Positions 35,411 to 45,434 of a stretch of 64,000 bases of DNA are shown here, in pieces. The position numbers and the translations under genes are program-made. This DNA comes from a virus. Below the pieces are notes generated by a model that saw only the letters and a list, made by a program, of their open reading frames with translations, did not search any database and was not told the origin of the DNA. Location: the IMG/VR virus record IMGVR_UViG_3300032240_003128; one strand, given 5' to 3'. Numbering within the stretch: the first letter of the stretch is position 1; every line of letters begins with the position of its first letter.

Positions 35411-35849
35411 CTTTTTTAATTTTGTATATAGGACGCATGTAATCAGGACCGCAAAATGACGCTTCTATATCAATTATATTTGACGCACTCAAGCTAAAGT
35501 CTTTTCCTTGTCTTTGGAAAACGACCTTTAGCTTGGTGTGTTTTGGGACCAAAGGTGTTTCACCTTTTATTGTTCTGTATTGTGTCGGACTGAAAAATAA
35601 TTTTGTTCCATCTTCTAATTCAGCTTCAATTATTTTTGTCTTATCAGATAATCTTTTTACCATGCCTTCTTTTGTGACGGTGGGAATGTCAAAAATACCA
35701 TCATTGATTGCCATGTCTATATCTGGCAAGTGATTGGGACGACCTGTGTATCCTAAAGTTGATACTGCTTGTGATCCGGTATCGCTACTTGTAACCATAG
35801 CGCCGGGAAACAGACTCATACTTTCTATAAATTTTTTAAAACCAATCAT
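35385..35849 (-). CDS. Hypothetical protein (tagged family)
   Basis: MIGFKKFIES. Confidence 0.6.
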   Translation of the reverse strand: MIGFKKFIESMSLFPGAMVTSSDTGSQAVSTLGYTGRPNHLPDIDMAINDGIFDIPTVTKEGMVKRLSDKTKIIEAELEDGTKLFFSPTQYRTIKGETPLVPKHTKLKVVFQRQGKDFSLSASNIIDIEASFCGPDYMRPIYKIKKVTYKPVQL

Positions 35850-35896
35850 TTTTCACCCTATATTAGTATGTATACAAACTTGCAAGGATTTTATAT

Positions 35897-36289
35897 ATGT
35901 CGATTGAAAACCCAAATCTTGATATGAAAACTAAATCAAAAAAGAATAATCTTTCTGATAGAAACAATTCTATTAGAAATACTCCAAAACCAAAATATTT
36001 AACACATTCAATCGTCGAACAATTTATAAAAGAAAGTGTTGCTGATGATGATATAAAAGAAAATTTGTTTATTAAACTTAAAAAGTGTCCAGATGGAGCT
36101 TTGCAAAACTTTATTGATAATTTTGAAAAAAAGATAGCCTCTGTGATAAGTGAAATGTCTCCTAAAAAAGAAAAAGAAAGTTTGCAGCAAATCACAAACG
36201 AAGTTACTATTGAAGATATGGTTGCTTTGCGCAAAAGTCTTTCAGAGCAATCCATTAAGGAGTTTGAAAGTGGAACCTCTTCAAGTTAA
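35897..36289 (+). CDS. Hypothetical protein
   Basis: 130-aa ORF. Confidence 0.55.
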   Translation: MSIENPNLDMKTKSKKNNLSDRNNSIRNTPKPKYLTHSIVEQFIKESVADDDIKENLFIKLKKCPDGALQNFIDNFEKKIASVISEMSPKKEKESLQQITNEVTIEDMVALRKSLSEQSIKEFESGTSSS

Positions 36290-36707
36290 GATTGTTTGCG
36301 AAGACAGCGAGTTCATACCAGTAAAAGCAACAAAAGGTTCGCTTGGTCTTGATCTAAAAGCTAAACTTGAATCTGATGAAATTATTTTAAATCCTCTTGA
36401 AACAGTTAAGATCAAAGCAGGATTTTCCATAGCTATTCCTGATGGATATCATGCTAAAATTGTTTCCAGAAGTGGCATGTCAAGCAAAGGTATTATTGTA
36501 ACCAATGCTCCGGGGATCATAGATAGTGACTACCGTAATGACATTTGTGTATTACTAACAAACATTGGAAAACAACCATATAAACTGGAAAATAAAACAA
36601 GAGTAGCGCAAATGTTTTTTGAGAAAAATGTTGATACAGAATTTGTTTTTGTTACTTCATTAGATCAGACAGAGCGCACAGGTGGATTCGGATCAACTGG
36701 AGTTTAA
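36270..36707 (+). CDS. dut: Trimeric dUTPase
   Basis: GLDL, SRSG, NAPGIIDSDYR, RVAQ, RTGGFGSTG; AAGGAG before the GTG at 36270. Confidence 0.95.
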   Translation: MEPLQVKIVCEDSEFIPVKATKGSLGLDLKAKLESDEIILNPLETVKIKAGFSIAIPDGYHAKIVSRSGMSSKGIIVTNAPGIIDSDYRNDICVLLTNIGKQPYKLENKTRVAQMFFEKNVDTEFVFVTSLDQTERTGGFGSTGV

Positions 36708-36921
36708 AAATTTGAAAGCCTACATTGTAATTGCTGTAGCAATGGAAGTTGAAGGCAGATTGACTGCTGTAAAAGTTGAAAAGGCTTTTAATTCTCGTGA
36801 GTTGGCACAGAAGTATATGGATTCTATGCCAACAACTTATCCAGATAGAATTAAATTACCTGAACAATCTCTTAATTGTTTATGTGAACGCAATGTCTAC
36901 GAAATAGAAGTGGAAGGTTAA
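36682..36921 (+). CDS. Hypothetical protein (start uncertain)
   Basis: Fills the gap between dut and the GT2 gene. Confidence 0.5.
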   Translation: MDSDQLEFKNLKAYIVIAVAMEVEGRLTAVKVEKAFNSRELAQKYMDSMPTTYPDRIKLPEQSLNCLCERNVYEIEVEG

Positions 36922-36922
36922 C

Positions 36923-37651
36923 ATGTCTAGTAATGTTTCTGAAGTTAAGAATGAAATCAAGATTGATCTTGCCAAAGCAAATGTTCAGGATTCTGTGTCT
37001 ATTGTAATCGTACACAAAGATAAACCAGAATATCTTAATATTGCGCTACAATCCATTGCGGTAAATTCAATTAACAATAATTACGAGATTGTTGTTGTTG
37101 ATAATGCTAGTGGAGCTGATACGCAAACATTTTTAGATGATTTAGAAAAAGATGTTAAAGTTGTCAGATCAGACAAAAATCTTTATTTTAGCGCAGCAGC
37201 TAATTTAGGATTTAGGCATGCTGACAAAAATAGCAAATATATTATTTTCTTGCATCATGATGTTGTTGTTCTGAACCCTGCTTGGATTGACTTGATCATC
37301 AATGTTGCTGAAGCTAATAAGAGCGGCTTTGTTGGAGTTGAAGCAGGATCATATTTTATTGGCAATCAAAAAGCTGAATTTATCCAAGAATGGTGTGTTT
37401 TGATGACACGCCAATGTTACGAAAAGATTCATGGATTCCCAGAACAACTTCCTTTAGTTGGAAACGCTTTTATTGCTACTCTTAAAGCGCAACAAGAAGG
37501 ATTTAAGCCACAAGTGATGAAAAACAACATTCTTCATCATTATAAGAATTTTTCAGTTGATGTTAATACTTTTGAAAGATTGTCTGAAGAAGCTATGGCT
37601 TTGTTGCCTAAAATTGTAAGTCAAACACAAAGCAGATCAGTCACCAACTAG
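36923..37651 (+). CDS. Glycosyltransferase family 2
   Basis: VSIVIV, EIVVVDNAS, NLYFSAAANLG, FLHHD. Confidence 0.85.
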   Translation: MSSNVSEVKNEIKIDLAKANVQDSVSIVIVHKDKPEYLNIALQSIAVNSINNNYEIVVVDNASGADTQTFLDDLEKDVKVVRSDKNLYFSAAANLGFRHADKNSKYIIFLHHDVVVLNPAWIDLIINVAEANKSGFVGVEAGSYFIGNQKAEFIQEWCVLMTRQCYEKIHGFPEQLPLVGNAFIATLKAQQEGFKPQVMKNNILHHYKNFSVDVNTFERLSEEAMALLPKIVSQTQSRSVTN

Positions 37652-37660
37652 GAGTTTGTC

Positions 37661-38116
37661 ATGAAGATTAGCCAAGTTTTCAAGTTGCTTGATTCTATCG
37701 CAGACGATTATAACATTATTTTTAAGACACCAGATTGTAAACTTCTTCCTTTGCATTTTCATGTAACTGAAGCAGCTAGTGTTCAAAAGAAGTTTGTAGA
37801 TTGTGGTGGTGTTGAAAGAGAAGAATCTTATGCTTCTATTCAGTTATGGACTGCTGATGATTACGATCACAGAATTACTACTGGTAAATTAAGAAAAATT
37901 ATTCTTAATAATTTGATCCAAACTGATAATGATATGGATTTATTTGTTGAATGTGATGATAATAGCTTAACAACTTACACTGTTGAAAGTTCTGAAATTG
38001 CAGGAAAAACTATTGCTTTCCTTCTTGGAAAGAAAACTACACAATGCCTCGCACCAGATAAGTGCGGTGTTAAGGAAGCTCCTAAGAAATCTTGCTGCAA
38101 AGGCGAATGCTGCTAA
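37661..38116 (+). CDS. DUF6428-like protein with Cys-rich tail
   Basis: HFHVTE...FVDCGG...QLW.ADD.DHR...CLAPDKCG...CC...CC. Confidence 0.7.
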   Translation: MKISQVFKLLDSIADDYNIIFKTPDCKLLPLHFHVTEAASVQKKFVDCGGVEREESYASIQLWTADDYDHRITTGKLRKIILNNLIQTDNDMDLFVECDDNSLTTYTVESSEIAGKTIAFLLGKKTTQCLAPDKCGVKEAPKKSCCKGECC

Positions 38117-38547
38117 TTAATGCTTTTAATAAAATTGATTAGTTTTGGATTATTGTATGTTTCTATGCGATGATTAGCATAGTTTGATGCAAAAAACATA
38201 CAGAAAAGTTCTTCTTCATCCATCTTTGGCTTGCCCTTATACAAACGGGCAAGCTTTTTCCATTCTTTCTTTTGCTCATTTGTTATTGATTTTTCCCAGA
38301 TAAGATGAGCAATTTCATGCAAAAAAGTAAATTCTCTGCCATAATTCCATGGAGCAGCTACTTCAATATCAAACTTGTGTATTACACCTATATGATCTTC
38401 ATCGCCATTTAAAGTGTTTTTGCATGTTAGTTTTATATTAAAACTTTTTAATAATTTCTGATATTTTTTAGGCAATTTAGCAATAGTGTTTTGAAGATTT
38501 TTTTCTTCTTCAGATTTTTGTTCTACGAATTGAATAAAACTTCTCAT
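38113..38547 (-). CDS. Small zincin metallopeptidase (tagged family)
   Basis: MRSFIQFVEQ; TFLHEIAH; EELFC..FA third-ligand segment. Confidence 0.7.
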   Translation of the reverse strand: MRSFIQFVEQKSEEEKNLQNTIAKLPKKYQKLLKSFNIKLTCKNTLNGDEDHIGVIHKFDIEVAAPWNYGREFTFLHEIAHLIWEKSITNEQKKEWKKLARLYKGKPKMDEEELFCMFFASNYANHRIETYNNPKLINFIKSIN

Positions 38548-38562
38548 GCCCTATATATGGGT

Positions 38563-39249
38563 ATGAAAAGAAGAAAAAAACCAACTCCTGAAGAAATTCA
38601 GAAACCAGTTCACGCTAGCGCCAAGAAAAAGGAGCTTTTTCATATTGAGTTCCTTAATTCTGTACAAAAAAAATGTTGGGAAACAATTCAAGACAATGAT
38701 ATTGTTTTCCTTTTGGGCAGTGCAGGTAGCGGCAAAACATTTCTTTCTACCGCATATTCTGTTTACAGTTTCCTCAGAAAGGAAACACAAAAAATAACAA
38801 TTACAAGACCTATTGTTGAAGCTGGTGAACGTCTTGGGTTTTTACCCGGATCTTTTGAAGAAAAAGTCCATCCTTATATGCTTCCAATTTATGATACATT
38901 GGATGAATTAGTGGGTACAGAAGGACCACAGCGCATGGCTCTTAACAAATCTCTTGAAGTTGCTCCACTAGCTTATCTTCGTGGTCGTACTTTCAAGAAT
39001 TCTGTCTGCATCCTTGATGAGGCTCAAAACTGCACATACACTCAATTAAAATTGTTCCTTACAAGATTGGGTCAAAACAGCAAATTGATCGTTACAGGAG
39101 ATCCTAAGCAATCAGATTTGCCCGGTAAAATTGCAGTTATGGAAATTGTAGAAAAACTTAGAGGCGTTAAAGGAATTGGCGTTGTTGACCTGCCAGATTC
39201 ATCAATCGTAAGGCATCCATTGATATCTGCAATTGTCGAAAGAATTTGA
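38563..39249 (+). CDS. phoH: PhoH-family ATPase
   Basis: GSAGSGKT, RPIVEAGERLGFLPG, PLAYLRGRTF, LDEAQN, GDPKQSD, VRHPLI. Confidence 0.95.
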   Translation: MKRRKKPTPEEIQKPVHASAKKKELFHIEFLNSVQKKCWETIQDNDIVFLLGSAGSGKTFLSTAYSVYSFLRKETQKITITRPIVEAGERLGFLPGSFEEKVHPYMLPIYDTLDELVGTEGPQRMALNKSLEVAPLAYLRGRTFKNSVCILDEAQNCTYTQLKLFLTRLGQNSKLIVTGDPKQSDLPGKIAVMEIVEKLRGVKGIGVVDLPDSSIVRHPLISAIVERI

Positions 39250-39250
39250 G

Positions 39251-41884
39251 ATGGCTTTAAGTTATAAATATTTAACTTCTGGCGGCTTTGAGCTAGCAGG
39301 ATCAGCCGATAATTTATCCGGTATCCTGCATTACTATCAATTTCAAAATAATAATTTAGATAGTTTTGGTTTTTTTGATTTAGTTGGTTCGAGTCAATAT
39401 CAAGCAGGAATTGTTAGTCAAGCAGTATTGACTTCTAAATTTTTGACTGTAAGTGGGACAGCTAGTAAAAATGGGGCATTTTTTAGTGGCAATTCTTTTA
39501 CTTTTTGCATGTGGTTCAAGATAGGATCAATTAATAAAGACCAAAATGTATTTTATTTTGATAGCCCTGATGAAGATTTAGTAATAAAGTATTCTTCTTC
39601 TACAAAAAAGATATATTTCAATTCATTAAGCAATCCTATTTCTTCAACTGTTTTATCTGGAACATCGTGGTATTTTGTTTGCATAAAGAAAACTGGTTCA
39701 AATGTTTATGTTCAACTAAATAACCAAACACCTGTATCGTATGCTTATAATCACACTCCAATAAGATTTAATTCAGTTGTTGCCACAGATTTAGATATAA
39801 TATCACCGACAAAATATTCTGCTTTATATTGGGATGATGTTAGATTTTATAAGTATTTTTTAAGATCAGAAGAAATTTCTTATATTTACAACAGTGGTAA
39901 GCCTTTTGCAATAACTGGAGGCAATCAATCTGTTCTTTGGGATTTACCAGCACATTATTATTCCTTCGACAATTTAGTCAACGACGAAGCTGGTTCTGCA
40001 AACTTAACTTTGGCGTATTACAGTGTATCTGGCGGCACAAGTCCTATCGTTGATGGTAAATTCAACAATTGTTTACAAGTTGGAAATACTTATGATTTGA
40101 CAACACTTCTTGGATATGATTATTACGGCTATACATCTTACAATGGCAATATACTTGGGAGCGCAGGAGGAAGTTATTCGATTGCGTTTTGGATAAAACG
40201 ATTTGCCGATCCTTTGTCTACTGTTACTCCTCAAATTTCAATTTTGTCTATTTTAACAGCATCTAACACAAATATAGTACAATTTGGCTATAACGGTAAA
40301 AATATTTTTAAAATAGATGATGGAACAATTTCTGGAGCCACAATAGAATTGTCTGCTCTTGCAACAACATGGAATCATTTCGGAATAGTTTACAATAATG
40401 ATCAAGGAAGATACACATTTTATTTGAATGGTGTGATTTTTGGAGAAATATCATCTGCAAGAAGTTTGCTGACAGCAGGAAAATTTTATCTTGGATGGGA
40501 TGGAATTACTTATTCTTCTGGAAACCCTTATCTTTGCCAAGATGTTCTGATAGATGATTTAAGAATTTACAATTTCCCAATTACTGGTTGGGATTTTATT
40601 GCTTTGTATACTTTGGGATCATTTAGTAGCCTTGAAAAAAGTTTATCAATTAGTTTCAATATGGGAACTTTGCCTTTAAAAGGATATCAAATAGAATCTT
40701 ATGATTTTTATGAGGATTCATCTGATACACAGATTGTTATTCCTGATCCTAAACATAAACTAAGAATTGTTGTGCAGCAGATATGGGCAAGAAGTGTTGA
40801 CGATGTTTGCAAAAAGATAAAAGCACTTAATTATTACATGAATATAAAGTCTATTTCTGTTTGGTCAAATAATTTAGTTGGACCTTATGGAGGTGGCGAG
40901 GCAGGCAGAGATCAATATGGATATTATATAGACATTCCTGATTTTTGTCAAAATGCTGAATGTGTAGATTTCTGTATAGGCGTTAATGCCTTAGTGACAA
41001 TATCAGCAACAGCTTTTGCATCAAGCAGTAATGATGAAATTATTGCTACTGGCGGTTTTGATTTAACTGGCTCTGCTGTTGTTTATTCAAAGAAAAATAA
41101 ATATATTGCTTCTGGTTCCTTTGAATTAGTAGGAAGTGCCTCTGCTTCACAAACTGGTGGTATTGACGGTACATCTTACACAGCAAATGGTGGATTTGAA
41201 TTAACTGGTTCTGCTGGTATATGGTCATCTGATCAAGGAACACTGCTTGTTGAAACAGGTGGTGATATGGTCATTTCCAACATAACTCCTTTATTGAAAA
41301 ATGATGGTGGAACAAATCTAGTTGGATCAGCATTTTCTTCAAGAGAAAGTATTTGCGATTGTTTAAATGTTCCATATGTCGTTCAAATAAGCCACAATTT
41401 GACAAAATCAAGCGAACTCACCAGATTTGCTTTAAGAAATAATTTATCTATACCAACAATTGTTTCAATGGTGTACAGTTCTAAGACAGGTCAATATACA
41501 GGCAATATTAGATTGCAAGGGCTATCTTCATTTGTCAACGCAAGTGAAACTTGGACCATAACATTTAATTTATATTGCACTGGAGAATTAAATCAATTTG
41601 CTAACAGGTATAACTGGATATTAAACTTAAATATAAAAAGATTTACAGTTGGATTTGATAGCAAAGAAACAAATGTAATTGTTTATTTATTAAGCAGTTA
41701 TATATGCCCACAATCTGATAGCAGTACGTTTAGATTTACCACCTCTGTAAATTTAAGCACATTGGTCACGCAAATAAACAATTCTTCGTTTATTAACTCT
41801 ACTAATTTTAATGATAGGATTGGTCTATTTTTGTCTGACGCATGGCTTTCCAATCCAAATCTTGTCATGTCAGTTGGAGCATAA
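39251..41884 (+). CDS. Virion/tail protein with two LamG (concanavalin-like) domains
   Basis: FTFCMWFK...WYFV...DDVRFY and SIAFWIK...WNHF...DDLRIYN; repeated xGGFELxGSA motif. Confidence 0.7.
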   Translation: MALSYKYLTSGGFELAGSADNLSGILHYYQFQNNNLDSFGFFDLVGSSQYQAGIVSQAVLTSKFLTVSGTASKNGAFFSGNSFTFCMWFKIGSINKDQNVFYFDSPDEDLVIKYSSSTKKIYFNSLSNPISSTVLSGTSWYFVCIKKTGSNVYVQLNNQTPVSYAYNHTPIRFNSVVATDLDIISPTKYSALYWDDVRFYKYFLRSEEISYIYNSGKPFAITGGNQSVLWDLPAHYYSFDNLVNDEAGSANLTLAYYSVSGGTSPIVDGKFNNCLQVGNTYDLTTLLGYDYYGYTSYNGNILGSAGGSYSIAFWIKRFADPLSTVTPQISILSILTASNTNIVQFGYNGKNIFKIDDGTISGATIELSALATTWNHFGIVYNNDQGRYTFYLNGVIFGEISSARSLLTAGKFYLGWDGITYSSGNPYLCQDVLIDDLRIYNFPITGWDFIALYTLGSFSSLEKSLSISFNMGTLPLKGYQIESYDFYEDSSDTQIVIPDPKHKLRIVVQQIWARSVDDVCKKIKALNYYMNIKSISVWSNNLVGPYGGGEAGRDQYGYYIDIPDFCQNAECVDFCIGVNALVTISATAFASSSNDEIIATGGFDLTGSAVVYSKKNKYIASGSFELVGSASASQTGGIDGTSYTANGGFELTGSAGIWSSDQGTLLVETGGDMVISNITPLLKNDGGTNLVGSAFSSRESICDCLNVPYVVQISHNLTKSSELTRFALRNNLSIPTIVSMVYSSKTGQYTGNIRLQGLSSFVNASETWTITFNLYCTGELNQFANRYNWILNLNIKRFTVGFDSKETNVIVYLLSSYICPQSDSSTFRFTTSVNLSTLVTQINNSSFINSTNFNDRIGLFLSDAWLSNPNLVMSVGA

Positions 41885-41886
41885 TC

Positions 41887-42219
41887 GTGATTGTTGAAAT
41901 TATTTCAATTATTAGCTTGGTATTTACAATTATATCTTCTTCGTTTGTTTTTTATTTTCTTAGATATCAATATTTGATACTTCAAGACAATGCAAATGCA
42001 TTTAAAATGCTTGTTGAATTTGTAAACAAGAATTTTGAAAAGAATCTGGAAGACCATGAAAACATTGTCAAAGTGATTGTTGATAATGATGAAAAAGTTG
42101 TTCTGGCGCTAACTGAAAATGATCAAAAAATTGTAGATATGATTTCCGAATCACAAAAGAACTTCATAAACCTAGCCATGTTCTTGGGTTACAGACCTAG
42201 AAATTTAGAAGACCTTTAA
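41887..42219 (+). CDS. Membrane-anchored coiled-coil protein
   Basis: N-terminal transmembrane helix, then NDEKVV/NDQKIV repeats. Confidence 0.55.
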   Translation: MIVEIISIISLVFTIISSSFVFYFLRYQYLILQDNANAFKMLVEFVNKNFEKNLEDHENIVKVIVDNDEKVVLALTENDQKIVDMISESQKNFINLAMFLGYRPRNLEDL

Positions 42220-42264
42220 AAATTTTAACACGCTCTATTAAGTTAGACTAAATGGAATTTCAAC

Positions 42265-43230
42265 ATGTGTGTGCAATACAAAGCTTTTAATTCGACACGC
42301 AACTTTGGCGTTGAACTTGAAGTTGGTAATGAATACCCAAGAAGCTTTATATCAAGTGTTATAAAAAACACTACAAGAATGAAAGTGAATATATCAAATT
42401 ACACACAATCTGTTAATAATGCTTATTGGGTAGTCAAGACTGATGCATCTTGTGGCAAAAAAATTAAAACCAACGGAATTAATGAAGGAGGTTATGAAAT
42501 AGCCTCTTTTGTTGCTTCTGGAATTGATGATGTAAACAAAATATCTAATGTTGCCCGCAGCTTGAAGAAAAGTGGTGTACGAGCAAATAACAATTGTGGT
42601 TATCACATTCATATCAATACTTCAGATTTCTCCGAAGAAGATATGGGCAGGCTTATAAGTTATTGGATTTTGATTGAAGATATTTTTTTCAATATGGTTC
42701 CTTTCCGCAGAACCGTTAATCGTTATTGCAAAAAAGTTAAAATTAAAAACAACACTTATCAAAAAGCTTTACAAGTTATAAAAGACAGCAGCAAAATATG
42801 GGAAATGTATAGACCTAAAACATTTAACATAAGACATCCAAATGAAAAAAGATATTCTCTCAATCTTTTGAATTTTTATGCTGCTTCTAAAACAAAATTT
42901 AAAAGAAAAACAATTGAATTTCGATTCCCAGAAGGAACGCTTTGCCACGAAACAGTGAAAAATTTTATATTTTTGTTTTTAAGTTTTGTCGAAAACATGA
43001 AAATTGCAAAACATCCAAAATCTAAGAATATGAATGTTGATTATTTTTTAAATATTTGTGGACTAGGTAGTGAAAAAGCATTTTGTATTCTAGACCATAA
43101 TTTGATCAAGACAAAGATATGGATTTTGAAAAGACTGATTAGATTTAGCAAGGTTCAGGAATATAAGAACCAAGCAAAGAAGATCATTTCTAGGATTTAC
43201 AGAGGGTATGGCAATGCAAAAAGTTTCTAA
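42265..43230 (+). CDS. Putative amidoligase (COOH-NH2 ligase, Amidoligase_2)
   Basis: FGVELE, W.VKTDAS, EIAS, CGYHIHI, RYSLNL, TIEFR. Confidence 0.85.
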   Translation: MCVQYKAFNSTRNFGVELEVGNEYPRSFISSVIKNTTRMKVNISNYTQSVNNAYWVVKTDASCGKKIKTNGINEGGYEIASFVASGIDDVNKISNVARSLKKSGVRANNNCGYHIHINTSDFSEEDMGRLISYWILIEDIFFNMVPFRRTVNRYCKKVKIKNNTYQKALQVIKDSSKIWEMYRPKTFNIRHPNEKRYSLNLLNFYAASKTKFKRKTIEFRFPEGTLCHETVKNFIFLFLSFVENMKIAKHPKSKNMNVDYFLNICGLGSEKAFCILDHNLIKTKIWILKRLIRFSKVQEYKNQAKKIISRIYRGYGNAKSF

Positions 43231-43417
43231 AACGAAGCGAGAAATGTTCGATGCTTTTACTGCCAAATATAAAAATGTTCCATCTGTTTTTATAGCTAGG
43301 AGTCTTGATTACCATGATAATCTTGGTAAATGCTTTGACTCTATTATGGACTATGATCCTTGTGTTGCGCAAGAGTTCGATGTAGAAAAAAATAATTGGC
43401 AGAGCAAAACCTTGTGA
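43208..43417 (+). CDS. Hypothetical protein
   Basis: 69-aa ORF with GAGG upstream. Confidence 0.5.
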   Translation: MAMQKVSKTKREMFDAFTAKYKNVPSVFIARSLDYHDNLGKCFDSIMDYDPCVAQEFDVEKNNWQSKTL

Positions 43418-43497
43418 AAAAAAAAGTCGAAAATCATAAATATATCGTAACACATAATATAAAAAATCTAGGTCGTCAAATAATAAAAGGTGAAACC

Positions 43498-43806
43498 ATG
43501 CCAGTCGAAACTACTAATACTGCTGATACTGCCAATACACCACAAGAAAGATCTTATCAAAGAATTTTTAGTCTTGTCGGTTTCCTTACAGGAATTGCTA
43601 GAAGTGCTGGTTTATTTTTATTTGGTATTTTTCTTGGATTGGGTATTGTTCTCAGAGATCCACCTCCTGATAAAAAGAGCCTTGCAATAATTGAGAAATT
43701 AAACAGTGAGAATGAATCTTTGAAGCTATCGATTAAGAAGCAGGAAGAGGATGCTAAAGTTCCTGTTTTCAGTACGATCAAAGATGGCGTTGTTATAGGT
43801 CGTTGA
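43498..43806 (+). CDS. Membrane protein with coiled coil
   Basis: Hydrophobic GLFLFGIFLGLGIV segment. Confidence 0.55.
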   Translation: MPVETTNTADTANTPQERSYQRIFSLVGFLTGIARSAGLFLFGIFLGLGIVLRDPPPDKKSLAIIEKLNSENESLKLSIKKQEEDAKVPVFSTIKDGVVIGR

Positions 43807-43947
43807 AACCTAATTGGTTCCTTATGTTTTTAAATATTCGCACTATATTAATGTGAATGTGTTATGATCAAGCACATTTATTAACTGCCTGTAGGTCACT
43901 GCTATTAGTTGCAGTTAATTAGGCACATGTGTGCAATGAGGTTTACC

Positions 43948-44199
43948 ATGAGTTTTCTTGGCATAGGTAATTCTAAGCATCAGATCGGGCAACCATCTTG
44001 CGATGAATGTTTAAGCGGATATCCACGAAAATGCCGTTGTGGTGGCATGATTCATGCAGAATTTGGTGTTCAAAATTCTCCATCTAAGTATTTATGCGAC
44101 AAATGTGGCGACCGTTTTATTAAAAATACTTATGCTCCCAAGAATCGTAAACCAATGTCTGAAAACAAAAACAAAATTAGGGCTAAAAATGACCGTTAA
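43948..44199 (+). CDS. Cys-rich zinc-binding protein
   Basis: CDEC, CRCGG.IH, CDKC. Confidence 0.6.
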   Translation: MSFLGIGNSKHQIGQPSCDECLSGYPRKCRCGGMIHAEFGVQNSPSKYLCDKCGDRFIKNTYAPKNRKPMSENKNKIRAKNDR

Positions 44200-44770
44200 A
44201 CTTTATACCGGCTATGGCGATAAGGGTTGTACATTTACCAAACGTAACCCAAAAACACCAAAGTATGACAAACTGATTAATTTGATTGGCGAGATAGACG
44301 ATTTGAACAGTCATATTGGTTATTTGGTTTATTTGCTTGAAAAAAAGACGCATCAATTAGAATATGGTGTTTTTCAAAATAGGATTCAATCTCTTCTTTT
44401 TCATATAGGCGCTTTCTTGGGTTACAGTAGCCCAATAAAAAAAGAAGTATTAGAAAAAGCTATTTTTACACTTGAATATCAAATTGATGAGCAAGAAAAT
44501 AAAAACGAACCAATTAAAAATTTCATTTTACCATTTGGCACACAAGCAGCTTCATTTGCCCACATTTGTCGCTCTAAAGCAAGAACTGTTGAAAGATTGA
44601 TTTGCGAATATTTGTCGCATCAAGATGAAGTTTCTGAAACCAATGAATTGATTCAAGTACTATTTAACCGTTTAAGTGATTATTATTTTAGTTTAGCTAG
44701 AACAATTAATCGTCTTAACGCTAAGAAAGACCTCGTTTGGAAGGCAGATTCAAGTGAATACGATTTCTAA
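44189..44770 (+). CDS. pduO: ATP:cob(I)alamin adenosyltransferase, PduO type
   Basis: KLYT..GDKG.T, GEIDDLNS.IG, IQ..LF.IGA, FILP.G, H.CR..AR.VER, NRLSDY.F..AR. Confidence 0.88.
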   Translation: MTVKLYTGYGDKGCTFTKRNPKTPKYDKLINLIGEIDDLNSHIGYLVYLLEKKTHQLEYGVFQNRIQSLLFHIGAFLGYSSPIKKEVLEKAIFTLEYQIDEQENKNEPIKNFILPFGTQAASFAHICRSKARTVERLICEYLSHQDEVSETNELIQVLFNRLSDYYFSLARTINRLNAKKDLVWKADSSEYDF

Positions 44771-44807
44771 ATACAAAAGACATGCTTGGTCCATAAATAG
44801 TAAAGAG

Positions 44808-45434
44808 ATGGACCAGAAGCTAACTAAACCAGTCCTTGTATTGAACAAGCATTGGACTGCTGTAGGAACCACACCGCTTTATAAAGCATTTAATTTGATA
44901 TTTAATGAAATACCAAACAAACATAAAGCAGAAATTATTGATATAGATTGTGTTCCGTACACTTGGGATCAATGGAGTGAATTGAAACCAAACGAAGACG
45001 AAGAAACAATCAATACTGTAAGTTTTTCTTTTAAAATTCCACAAGTAATTAGACTTCGCAGTTATGACAAAATGCCACAGCAAAGAGTTGTATTTTGCCG
45101 CAATAATTTATATCGCAGGGATAATTATCAATGCCAATATTGTGGCATAAAGCCCGGCACAGAAGAACTAACAATTGATCATGTTTTGCCTAAATGTAAA
45201 AATGGGATGACAACTTGGGAAAACTGTGTCATTTGTTGTCCAGAATGCAATAAAATCAAAGGTGGAAAACTTCCAGAAGAAGTAAGACATAGTAAATTTC
45301 CACATGGCATGAAATTGCTTAAAGAACCTAAAAGACCAAAGCATAAAGAAATAAGAATGCATAACTTTTATCCTAGCTGGAATCAATGGTTAACAGAGTC
45401 CTATTGGAATATTGAGTTAGAAAATGATAACTGA
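44808..45434 (+). CDS. HNH endonuclease
   Basis: VLVLN, RDNYQCQYCG, LTIDHVLP, WENCV..C..CN..KG. Confidence 0.9.
   Translation: MDQKLTKPVLVLNKHWTAVGTTPLYKAFNLIFNEIPNKHKAEIIDIDCVPYTWDQWSELKPNEDEETINTVSFSFKIPQVIRLRSYDKMPQQRVVFCRNNLYRRDNYQCQYCGIKPGTEELTIDHVLPKCKNGMTTWENCVICCPECNKIKGGKLPEEVRHSKFPHGMKLLKEPKRPKHKEIRMHNFYPSWNQWLTESYWNIELENDN

Noticed and set aside
43850-43947. Cobalamin riboswitch upstream of the pduO-containing run
   Set aside because: An ATTAACTGC/GCAGTTAAT inverted repeat exists, but the conserved GGGAA and B12-box elements are not recognisable
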